Shown here one piece after another: positions 51,601 through 60,338 of a DNA stretch of 64,000 nt. The DNA lies in assembly GCA_964583985.1 (NCBI GenBank), contig CAZOYD010000002.1, forward strand, positions 94,267 to 158,266, written 5' to 3'. Numbering within the stretch: position 1 is the first letter of the stretch; every line of letters begins with the position of its first letter. The notes under the pieces are model-generated. The model had not been told where the DNA came from. It did no database searches and was given only the letters and a program-made list of their open reading frames with translations. Source of the DNA: an uncultured archaeon (GTDB taxonomy: Archaea; Asgardarchaeota; Lokiarchaeia; Sigyniarchaeales; SOKP01). Position numbers and translations under genes: made by a program.

Positions 51601-53658
51601 TCACATAAATTTCATATTAAGGTTATGAATTTTTTTTCTATTTTCTGTTTTAGAATCGATTATATTTTGAATATATTTAGAAATTTTATTCCGCATATCA
51701 TAATCAGAGGGAATAGGCAAAATTACATCCATTATCCTGTTCCCTATGGTAGCAATTGTGCCTTGTATGAAGGTTATTGCTTCAATCTGTCTTTGCACTA
51801 TATCCATATTAAGAAGATATATTAGAAGAAAAGAATCAATCGCTTTCTCGTTTTTTAATACTTTTAACTGGAAAATATGACTCTGGATAATAATCTTGGT
51901 ATCTAATTCACTAACATAAGCAGTTTTTCCTATCAGATTAGAGCCACCATCTTTTACTAATAGAATATCCCCAATCTCGATGTTTTGCTTTTCCTTGTAT
52001 TTTATATACACTTCTTCTGAAGATCTTTTATTTGAATTAAGGTTGATTTCCCAATTATTAATTTCACTAGTTCTTATGAATGGTATTTCTCCTAAACCGT
52101 ATAATTGAGAGCCTATTTCATCTCCACGAGGGATATATCCATTTTTATTTGTATAAATGATTTTTTCTTCTGATAGTTGCTGAATAGATTTCAATTCAAA
52201 ATTTTTGTCCTTCTCAAGAAGTTTTAAGGTCTTTTCTACTCCTGTATAATAATTGGGGATATAAATGTGATTCTTTATCTGATTCTTCATTATCTTAAAT
52301 ATTTTTTGATCCTTCTGATAATTAAACCCCTCAGCTTTAAGCAATTTAAGATGCAAATCGATTAAATCATCATTCACTAGTGGATTCCGATTAATATCCA
52401 GTTGTTTTGAACCATCTTGATTCAATTTAAACGAGACCTTTCCATCCTTATCATGACCTACATTATCTACTATTGAAAAATCGATTTCATAATCCTTGGG
52501 AACATTTTTTAATTTTTGATAAAATAAAATACTCGTTTTATTGCATGTATAAGGTTGAAACGTATTTTGGTCTAATGAAATCACCCCCAATATCTTTCCA
52601 TTATGCTCCAGATATTCCCATATATAACGATCTGAAGGGTTACCAAAAATTCCTTCAGGTAATATTATACCAAGTTTACCTCCATCACGAAGTAATTGTA
52701 TGCATCTCTCTATGAAAAGAATTTGTGGAGATTGTTTCTTTAACAATTTATCTTCTTGTTTCCAGTGAGTGGTGTCCAAATTTTTCCATACATATCCAAA
52801 GGCATAATTCTTGAGAGTTTCTTTTTTATCAATGGGTATTCGCGCTCCAAAAGGAGGATTGGTAAAAATATAATCGAATTGATCGTTTCTCACCATACTT
52901 TTTGAATCAATTCTATAGCTTTTAGGATCTAAAGAATCTTCACAAAAGATGTTTGCCTTTTTACCACTAAGAATTTCAAGATATAATCGACAGATCTTGA
53001 CTAAAAATGAATCTTTATCCATTCCGAAAAGATTGCTTACAATATCTGAATCTTTTAGAGATTTTCCTTTGAAGTTTAACTTTGATAATAATAAATCTTT
53101 CACTTCTAACAAAAATCCACCATGACCGCAAGCAGGATCCATTACTTTTGCCTCAACCTCAGGATTCAGATAATTTACCATGAAAGTAATGATATTAATA
53201 GGAGTAAAAAATTGACCTCCTTCATCTTTTAAAATTTTACTTACAAATACCTCAAATGCATCTCGTAAAATATCTTTTGATGACTCTATTAGAGAAATGT
53301 TCTCTAACTCACGCACAACAATAAAAACAAGTTCCTTATTCATGCTAATTTGTTCATTTTCATCAATAATTTCTTTATATCTTTTTTTTACTCTTTCATT
53401 GAAGAAATTTTGAATTCGACCGAACAAATCTTTTTCTGTTTCTTTCTGTTTGATTGAAAAATCCAATTGATCATCCGAGTTTTTTTCGATCTCATCCACT
53501 AACTTGCATAACAACAAGTTAATTATCTCTTTTGATCTCGTTCTTGTATCAGTATCCATGTATTTTAATTTTCCATAAAGATGTTGATTTATATTTCCAA
53601 AAACAACTTTCAAATTAGGAATTTGAATAAGATCTTTTTTTCTCACCAATAAAATCAC
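51601..53658 (-). CDS. N6-adenine DNA methyltransferase (HsdM-like) fused to an HsdS-like target recognition domain
   Basis: GQFFTP, motif I MDPACGHGGFL, motif IV TNPPFG; C-terminal IPFIR...GDILL.K.G...G and LPIP....I TRD-like region. Confidence 0.85.
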   Translation of the reverse strand: MILLVRKKDLIQIPNLKVVFGNINQHLYGKLKYMDTDTRTRSKEIINLLLCKLVDEIEKNSDDQLDFSIKQKETEKDLFGRIQNFFNERVKKRYKEIIDENEQISMNKELVFIVVRELENISLIESSKDILRDAFEVFVSKILKDEGGQFFTPINIITFMVNYLNPEVEAKVMDPACGHGGFLLEVKDLLLSKLNFKGKSLKDSDIVSNLFGMDKDSFLVKICRLYLEILSGKKANIFCEDSLDPKSYRIDSKSMVRNDQFDYIFTNPPFGARIPIDKKETLKNYAFGYVWKNLDTTHWKQEDKLLKKQSPQILFIERCIQLLRDGGKLGIILPEGIFGNPSDRYIWEYLEHNGKILGVISLDQNTFQPYTCNKTSILFYQKLKNVPKDYEIDFSIVDNVGHDKDGKVSFKLNQDGSKQLDINRNPLVNDDLIDLHLKLLKAEGFNYQKDQKIFKIMKNQIKNHIYIPNYYTGVEKTLKLLEKDKNFELKSIQQLSEEKIIYTNKNGYIPRGDEIGSQLYGLGEIPFIRTSEINNWEINLNSNKRSSEEVYIKYKEKQNIEIGDILLVKDGGSNLIGKTAYVSELDTKIIIQSHIFQLKVLKNEKAIDSFLLIYLLNMDIVQRQIEAITFIQGTIATIGNRIMDVILPIPSDYDMRNKISKYIQNIIDSKTENRKKIHNLNMKFM

Positions 53659-53810
53659 TATATATTTTTATGCCAAGAGTAAAATTTCTTTCTATTAATC
53701 TATAATTATTGTGAAAATTTGATTAGAAACTATAAAAACATTGAGAGCTAATAATACTTAATTTATTACTATGAAAATAGAATTTAATTTAATGATTACT
53801 ACAATTGTGA

Positions 53811-55403
53811 ATGGATATGAGCAATGATAAAAAGACTATAAAAGAATTGGAGAAGCTTACTGGAAAAGAATTTAAACAAAAGTTATCTCTAATTGAAAGA
53901 GATTTCAGTTTTGCATATAAAATTGAAGGCGAGGACATCGTTGAACTTGGTGTAGATTTAACGTTATTAGATCTAGACTCTGAAAAGATAAAGATCGTAG
54001 AAGATTCTATTAAACAACTAAAGAACTTAAAAAGATTAAACATTAAAGTTGCAAAGGATGAACTTCCCGGTTGGATTCAGGATTTAAATAACTTAGAACA
54101 TCTCGGTTTAAGCCAAAATAAATTCAAAGTTTTGCCTGATTGGTTAGACGGATTAAAACACCTTAAATCTATTGATCTTACATCTAATGAGATTCAAAAC
54201 TTACCGGATTCATTATTAAATTTATCTAATCTCAAGGAACTCAAGATAGAACATAATTATAATCTAGAATGGAATCAAAAGAATTTAGATCTCCTTAAAA
54301 CACTATTTAAAAGAAAGGTAGATATTAAGGCTCCAAGGTTATTTAAATTTCAATGTCAAGTTGATCTTCCAAAAGAACAAATAGAGATAATTAGAGAATT
54401 AGAAAAAGAAAATACTGAAAAAGAGAAGGTTCGTATATACGTCAATCCGATTAATATGAAAATTGAGGATGGAAAAGTTGTTGAATGGCGAATGGTTTAT
54501 TATCTGTTTAAATCCCTACCTGAAAATTTTAATCTATTTAAGGATCTAAAGTCATTAACAATTACTGAAACATCCCTTGAAAGTCTCCCTGATTCTTTTG
54601 GAGACTTATCTAATCTTATTAATCTTGATTTATCGAAGAATAAACTTGACAAGCTACCCGAATCATTTATCAATTTGACCTCGATTAAAAATTTAAACTT
54701 AAGCAACAACCAATTTGCTGAGATTCCTACAGTTTTATGGGCCCTTAAAGATTTGACCGAATTAAACCTGTCTAATAATCCATTAAATGACGAAGAAAAA
54801 ATTATTATTCAAAAAAGTCCAGACGCCATCAGAAAATACCTAAGAAAAAAAGCCACGATCACAATATTTATTTCCCATGCTGTCATTGATTTTGAACCTT
54901 ATAGGGTAGAACAACTCGTGAACTTCTTGAAAAGCCAAAAAGAAATATCTGAAGTATATTTCTGTGAAGAGGACCTTGCCGGTAATATCGATGAATGGAT
55001 GCTAGATACCGTACAAAAAAGTCAACTGCTACTTTTCATTGGAACACGGAAATCCGTCTTAAATTCAGTAGATTGCGATAATGAATTACAACTTGCTAAT
55101 AAATTTTCAATCCCGGTGATCCCTCTAAAAGGGGATGATATTGATTGGGCTGCCTTGGCAGAAAAAAATCTCTCTCGTGAATTAGGTTTAGAATATGATA
55201 AGGATAATTTCGAAGAATTTTGCGATGATCTTTACAAGTACATCTGTAATTTTAAGCGAGAAATTGATTTAATGGGAGAAAAAGAACGGCAAAAAGGAAT
55301 TATTGATATCTATGAAAGATTCCGTCTCATGCTAGATGAAAGGTTCAGTGATTTCGACAGAAAATTGACCGAATTAGATGAAAGGATCAAAAAACTCGAA
55401 TAA
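53811..55403 (+). CDS. leucine-rich repeat plus TIR domain protein with C-terminal coiled coil
   Basis: L..L.L..N....LP repeats; TIR: IFISHA, S..C..EL..A, IPVIPL; C-terminal heptads. Confidence 0.85.
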   Translation: MDMSNDKKTIKELEKLTGKEFKQKLSLIERDFSFAYKIEGEDIVELGVDLTLLDLDSEKIKIVEDSIKQLKNLKRLNIKVAKDELPGWIQDLNNLEHLGLSQNKFKVLPDWLDGLKHLKSIDLTSNEIQNLPDSLLNLSNLKELKIEHNYNLEWNQKNLDLLKTLFKRKVDIKAPRLFKFQCQVDLPKEQIEIIRELEKENTEKEKVRIYVNPINMKIEDGKVVEWRMVYYLFKSLPENFNLFKDLKSLTITETSLESLPDSFGDLSNLINLDLSKNKLDKLPESFINLTSIKNLNLSNNQFAEIPTVLWALKDLTELNLSNNPLNDEEKIIIQKSPDAIRKYLRKKATITIFISHAVIDFEPYRVEQLVNFLKSQKEISEVYFCEEDLAGNIDEWMLDTVQKSQLLLFIGTRKSVLNSVDCDNELQLANKFSIPVIPLKGDDIDWAALAEKNLSRELGLEYDKDNFEEFCDDLYKYICNFKREIDLMGEKERQKGIIDIYERFRLMLDERFSDFDRKLTELDERIKKLE

Positions 55404-55461
55404 GGTACAACTTTTTTGATAAATCACATTATTTTTTTAGTTTAACAGATTTTTTAAGTTC

Positions 55462-56247
55462 ATGTCAGAAAATCATTTTGATTTTGGAGATTATATTGAT
55501 TTTTATGTGAATAGGCATTTTGGAATAATAACGCTCAATAGAATTCATCGATCCAACTCATTTACCATTGAACAACTAAAACACTTGAAAAATGCGATTG
55601 AGTTTTGCCAAAGTAATGATAAAGTTAAAGGAATTATTTTGACCGCCAAGGGTAATTCTTTTAGCACGGGGATGGATTTAGGAGAAATAACAAAATATGA
55701 TTATAAAGATGTGAAGGAATTGGAACATCTTGCTGCTTTCATTTGTCAATCATTATATAATGGAAAGCCAGCGATATGTGCAATTAACGGTCGAACCTTG
55801 GGTGAAGGAGTGGTATTTTTAGTATGTTGTGATTATCGAATCGCAGTAAAGGAGAGTTTTTTTCAAATGCCAGAAATCAATTCTGCGATTTTCCCAGGTA
55901 CTGGTTGCGTCACCCTTTTCTCTAAAATTATCGGAATTCCTTGGACAAAAAAACTCCTCTTATTTGCTGAGAAAGTGGATGCTATAAAAGCGTTACAAAT
56001 AGGGTTAATAGATGAGATTGCAGAAAATCAAGATGAACTCATGAAAGTTGCGTTAAAGAAAGCACAATTCATTAATACTAAGAACTCAACTGTAATGCAT
56101 TCAATAAAAATTTTAAGCAACCATCTAATGGATAAAAGTTTTTCTGATGCGTATCCAATGGAAACAATTGCTTCAGATTGGTATAAATTCACGGATAAGA
56201 AAAAAATGGTGAAAGATTTTCAAAAGTCACTAAATTGGATCGAATAA
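55462..56247 (+). CDS. enoyl-CoA hydratase/isomerase family protein
   Basis: ITLNR..RSNS, FSTGMDL, KPAICAING, CDYRIA, PEI. Confidence 0.88.
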   Translation: MSENHFDFGDYIDFYVNRHFGIITLNRIHRSNSFTIEQLKHLKNAIEFCQSNDKVKGIILTAKGNSFSTGMDLGEITKYDYKDVKELEHLAAFICQSLYNGKPAICAINGRTLGEGVVFLVCCDYRIAVKESFFQMPEINSAIFPGTGCVTLFSKIIGIPWTKKLLLFAEKVDAIKALQIGLIDEIAENQDELMKVALKKAQFINTKNSTVMHSIKILSNHLMDKSFSDAYPMETIASDWYKFTDKKKMVKDFQKSLNWIE

Positions 56248-56470
56248 TACCAGTTAGACTCTCAAATCAAACCTCTCGTTTTTCTTCAGATACGTTTCTG
56301 TCTCATGCTCGCAATAAGATAAGAAAAATTGCAAAATGTTTATATGATTAATTAGGTTTATACAAAATAGCGAACATTGCTTTTTCGTTTAGCTTAAAGG
56401 ATGACTCGGAAGAGTTAAAAGCAGAAAGTAAAGGAAAGATCTAATTACTGAATAATATTTGGTGAATGAA

Positions 56471-56746
56471 ATGAGAAATAAAGATGATTCAAAAGTGTTT
56501 ATTGGTAATAAAAAATCAATGGCTTACGTGATGGCAGCCATGGTTGTGCTCAATGAAAAACCAGTAAGACTACTTGCTCGTGGAAGGTCGATCTCAAGAG
56601 CTGTTGACGTAGCTGAAATTACCATCAATAAATTTGTAAAGGGAAGCAGTTACGGTGAAATTAAATTAGGGACTGAAACATTGAAAAATACCGATGGAAC
56701 CATTACTAATGTTTCCTCAATAGAAATTGAAATTCTTCCAGCATAG
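56471..56746 (+). CDS. albA: DNA/RNA-binding protein Alba
   Basis: VFIG.K..M.YV, ARGRSISRAVDVAEI, I.LGTE, VSSIEI; SD GGTGA before ATG 56471. Confidence 0.92.
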   Translation: MRNKDDSKVFIGNKKSMAYVMAAMVVLNEKPVRLLARGRSISRAVDVAEITINKFVKGSSYGEIKLGTETLKNTDGTITNVSSIEIEILPA

Positions 56747-56775
56747 ATATAACACAACTAAAGACTATTTTAATG

Positions 56776-56808
56776 GAGAAAATCAGGAGACTTTCTCGCT
56801 TTTTTTTT
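56776..56808 (+). terminator. putative terminator after alba
   Basis: GAGAAA...TTTCTC stem followed by a T9 tract between convergent genes. Confidence 0.45.
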
Positions 56809-56816
56809 AATTTTAA

Positions 56817-57680
56817 TTAATCTTTCTGTTCAAATTTATATTGATCTATGTCAATTATGGGTCGATACCCAATTTTTTGATAAATGCTATTGGACGTCGG
56901 ATTCGTTAAATCAGTAAACAAGAAACAGAATTTGTTCCCCTCGTCAAGCAAGAGCTTACTCAATTCTGCAACGCATTTAGTAGCGTACCCCTTTCGTCTC
57001 AAAGACGGAGGCGTGTACACTAAGTTAACTTTGTTACCATTAGGCGTTTTCCCTGCTTTTCTCGCCATCGAAACGGGTAAATCATTATCTAATAGCAAAT
57101 AAATTCTCCCTTCATCCACCGATCTTTGTAAACTATTTATCCAATTATCCCGAATTTTCAATTCATTCTCTGAAAACACCTCCACTATGAATTCTCGCCC
57201 CCATTTAAATACTAATTCGGTAAATGAGTCATCAGCTTTTATAAATTCTTTATTTCCTAACGTATCTTGAGCAACTTCTGTTAATTGGTAAATCCGTTCA
57301 TTCATAGCTAATTTAGCTTCTAATTTTTTTCCTTTACACCATAATTTCGCGAATTTTTCAACACCCTTCTTAATACCCATTACTCCCGGTAATTCAATGT
57401 TTTGCTTATTCAAGGCATCAACTAATGCATTTATTGATCTTAAATGATTTGTGTATGATAAAATTTGATTGAATGGAGGAGTTCTAAGAGATATTAGCAT
57501 GATTTGATTACCATCCAATACTGATATTAATTCGGGTTTAAAGTCTCCATATCGATACGGATCGTCTCTAATTGCATCTAAGATCCCTAAAAGATGATTA
57601 TTTTCTGCCTCGTGCTCAAGTAAAAATGGAGTCGCTAAATCATAAAATTCGGAAATATCATCATAAAATCTTACTTCCAT
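56817..57680 (-). CDS. GNAT family acetyltransferase (FR47-like C-terminus)
   Basis: VYTPP.LRRKGYA, LFTD..NPTSN.IY.KIGY. Confidence 0.88.
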   Translation of the reverse strand: MEVRFYDDISEFYDLATPFLLEHEAENNHLLGILDAIRDDPYRYGDFKPELISVLDGNQIMLISLRTPPFNQILSYTNHLRSINALVDALNKQNIELPGVMGIKKGVEKFAKLWCKGKKLEAKLAMNERIYQLTEVAQDTLGNKEFIKADDSFTELVFKWGREFIVEVFSENELKIRDNWINSLQRSVDEGRIYLLLDNDLPVSMARKAGKTPNGNKVNLVYTPPSLRRKGYATKCVAELSKLLLDEGNKFCFLFTDLTNPTSNSIYQKIGYRPIIDIDQYKFEQKD

Positions 57681-57741
57681 GTAAAACTATTAGATAATAG
57701 TCCCTAAAAACTATTTCCCATCTGAAATATCTTGTTTACCT

Positions 57742-58035
57742 TTAGGACTTGAGTTTTGCCAATTTATCACTAAACTCTTCAATGTCGGAATTCGTCAGTT
57801 CATTGGCTTTTATTTTTGTTAAAAGGTTCATGAAACCTTTGATTAACGGGTGCTCTAAAACTTCACATTTCTGATTCAAGGTGTTCACACTCATTATCAT
57901 GGCTGATTCCATGGATTCCCCCATTCCTAATACATCTTTGAATAATAATTCATTATTATCCGTGTAATTTAAAACTACAATATCCTCTAATATCTGAGAT
58001 CCATCATTTTGCTTGATTATTTTAAATTCGCACAT
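57742..58035 (-). CDS. CooT-family nickel-binding CODH accessory protein
   Basis: N-terminal MCE, .ILED......L...DVLG; divergent from cdhB/cdhC. Confidence 0.65.
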   Translation of the reverse strand: MCEFKIIKQNDGSQILEDIVVLNYTDNNELLFKDVLGMGESMESAMIMSVNTLNQKCEVLEHPLIKGFMNLLTKIKANELTNSDIEEFSDKLAKLKS

Positions 58036-58188
58036 CGCTTTAATTCACTTTAATTCAATTCTACTCTTCAAAAAGTTTGGCATGTTTCTCTAAAACCAAA
58101 TTTTTTAAAATACGCTTAATAAATTAAAATATAGCAATTATTTTAAAACTTATAAATCAAAACTCAAACAAAGGAAATTGATGAAAAA

Positions 58189-58719
58189 ATGGCAAGACCT
58201 TATCAGAAAGCAAACATTCCTGGTCCAGAAATGGGCACTTCTGTCTATGACCCAAAAGTAATGGCTAATCTTTTAAAAACACCTAAACGAAAAATAATGG
58301 TAATTGGTGCTGAATCCATTAATTGGGAGCTTGATGGAAAGAAGGTCGCTGACTATTACATTGAGATCGCAAACAAATTGGATTGCCAAGTGATTTCAAC
58401 TGGACACGTCTATAAGTATTTGAAAGATAAAATTAACAAGGACAAGCTCTATGACATGTCACTAATTAATATTACTGGAAGATTAGTCGATAAAGATTGG
58501 AAAGGAATTGATGGAAATGGTCAATACAACATGGCAATCTTTGGCGGACATATAGTCTACTACGTATCACAAACAATGAGCAGAATTAAAAATTTCTCTA
58601 ATTGGGTAAGAACAATTGATTTAGATAAATTTTCTCACCCGAATGCTCGTTTTAGTTTACCAAACCTCAGCGATGACGATTGGAAACGATTTTTAGAAGA
58701 ATTAATTGAAAATTTATAA
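58189..58719 (+). CDS. cdhB: CODH/ACS complex epsilon subunit
   Basis: PYQ.ANIPGP, L.D.DW.GIDG.GQY, F.G...Y...Q.....KNF, HPNARFSLPN. Confidence 0.88.
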   Translation: MARPYQKANIPGPEMGTSVYDPKVMANLLKTPKRKIMVIGAESINWELDGKKVADYYIEIANKLDCQVISTGHVYKYLKDKINKDKLYDMSLINITGRLVDKDWKGIDGNGQYNMAIFGGHIVYYVSQTMSRIKNFSNWVRTIDLDKFSHPNARFSLPNLSDDDWKRFLEELIENL

Positions 58720-58762
58720 AACTAATAAATAAAATTATAAAATAAATGAGGAGTAAAAAGAT

Positions 58763-60172
58763 ATGAGTTTTAGTGACATTCCTGTAGATGTTGGACCGGT
58801 TTATGAGGGGGAGCGCATTCGCGCGAATCAAATGTATGTAGAACTTGGGGGGCCTAAGGTTGAAAAACACTTCGAGCTCGTGAGGGTCGTTTCTCCTAAG
58901 GATATTAAAGATGGCTCCGTAATGCTTTATGGTCCGGATCTTAAAGATATGGAAAAGGGTTCTAGACATCCAATAGGAATTTTTGTGGAAGTTGCGGGAC
59001 CTGAATTGGAAGAAGATCTAGAGGCTGTTTTTGAACGCAGGGTTCACGAATTTTGCAATTTTGTGAATGGAATCATGCATCTCAATCAGCGCTACACGAA
59101 CTGGTTACGTCTCTCTATAGCAGCATACGAAAAAGGATTTAATTCCCTTAACATGCTTGGTACTGTTCTCATTAGACTCTTTAAAGCAGAATTACCCATC
59201 ATAGAACAAGCACAAGTCACGATTTATACGGATCCTAAAGCTATTGAAAAGCCTTACGAAATAGCCATGGGAATTTATGATAAAAGGGATGAACGAGCCA
59301 GAACCATCCATGATTCTGATGTGGACATGTTTTATGGCTGCGTTTTATGTCAATCTTTTGCACCAACCCATGCTTGTTGTATAACACCTGATAGAACGAG
59401 TTTGTGTGGTTCTATCAATTGGTTCGATGCTCGAGCAGCAGCAAAAGTTGATCCAAAAGGTCCGTTATTCGAGGTACCCCCCGGAAAGTGCTTGAATGTT
59501 GAAGCAGGAGAATACACTGGCGTTAATGAGATGATTAAAAAACGATCCCTTGGAGAAATTGAGAGAATTTATCTTTATTCCGGTATGGAATTCCCGCACA
59601 CTTCATGTGGGTGTTTTGAAGCGATAGATTTCTACATTCCTGAAGTGAATGGACATGGAATCGTGGATCGAAACTTTGGTGACGTGGCAATTAACGGCTT
59701 ACCTTTTAGTGCCATGGCTAATCAGACTGGTGGGGGCAAGCAGATGCCCGGATTTAATGGTATCAGCATCCAATACATTACCAGTCCAAAATTCCAACAA
59801 TATGATGGTGGTATCAGCCAAACCGTTTGGATGAATAGCGGTGTAAAGGAACGCGTGGCAGAACTTCTCCCAGCAGACCTCGTAGCAAAAATCGCGACGG
59901 AAAAAGAAGTCCAAGACATTAACGCTTTAAAGACATGGTTACAGGAAGTGGACCATCCCGTTGTAGCAACGTGGGGAGCATTAGAAGAAGAGGAGGAAGA
60001 AGAAGCGGGAGAATACGAGGAAGCGGGTGCCATGATTCCAATGGGGACTCAATCATTCACGGTTCCGGGAGTAGGTGGTGCTGGCGGATTTAAGATCATT
60101 CTTAAGAACTGTAAGGTGCATGCGGAAGCAATAATCATCAAGAAATTAGAGCCATCTCGCAAAAAGAAATAA
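58763..60172 (+). CDS. cdhC: acetyl-CoA synthase beta subunit of the CODH/ACS complex
   Basis: YEGERIR, ERRVH, GCVLCQSFAP.H, LCG, PHTSCGCFE, acidic linker, C-terminal IILKN.K..AE.III. Confidence 0.95.
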   Translation: MSFSDIPVDVGPVYEGERIRANQMYVELGGPKVEKHFELVRVVSPKDIKDGSVMLYGPDLKDMEKGSRHPIGIFVEVAGPELEEDLEAVFERRVHEFCNFVNGIMHLNQRYTNWLRLSIAAYEKGFNSLNMLGTVLIRLFKAELPIIEQAQVTIYTDPKAIEKPYEIAMGIYDKRDERARTIHDSDVDMFYGCVLCQSFAPTHACCITPDRTSLCGSINWFDARAAAKVDPKGPLFEVPPGKCLNVEAGEYTGVNEMIKKRSLGEIERIYLYSGMEFPHTSCGCFEAIDFYIPEVNGHGIVDRNFGDVAINGLPFSAMANQTGGGKQMPGFNGISIQYITSPKFQQYDGGISQTVWMNSGVKERVAELLPADLVAKIATEKEVQDINALKTWLQEVDHPVVATWGALEEEEEEEAGEYEEAGAMIPMGTQSFTVPGVGGAGGFKIILKNCKVHAEAIIIKKLEPSRKKK

Positions 60173-60338
60173 TTATTTTCTGTTTTTTCTTTTCTTATTA
60201 TTTTCATTATGTATTGTTATATTTAGCATTAGTTCATAAAAGAGTGAATATCCTTCCAACCATAAATTAGTAGAGTCTATCATGTTTTATCAATGGCGTG
60301 GGGTTTAGAATCGAATGATGAACCTCTGTTAAGCTGGA

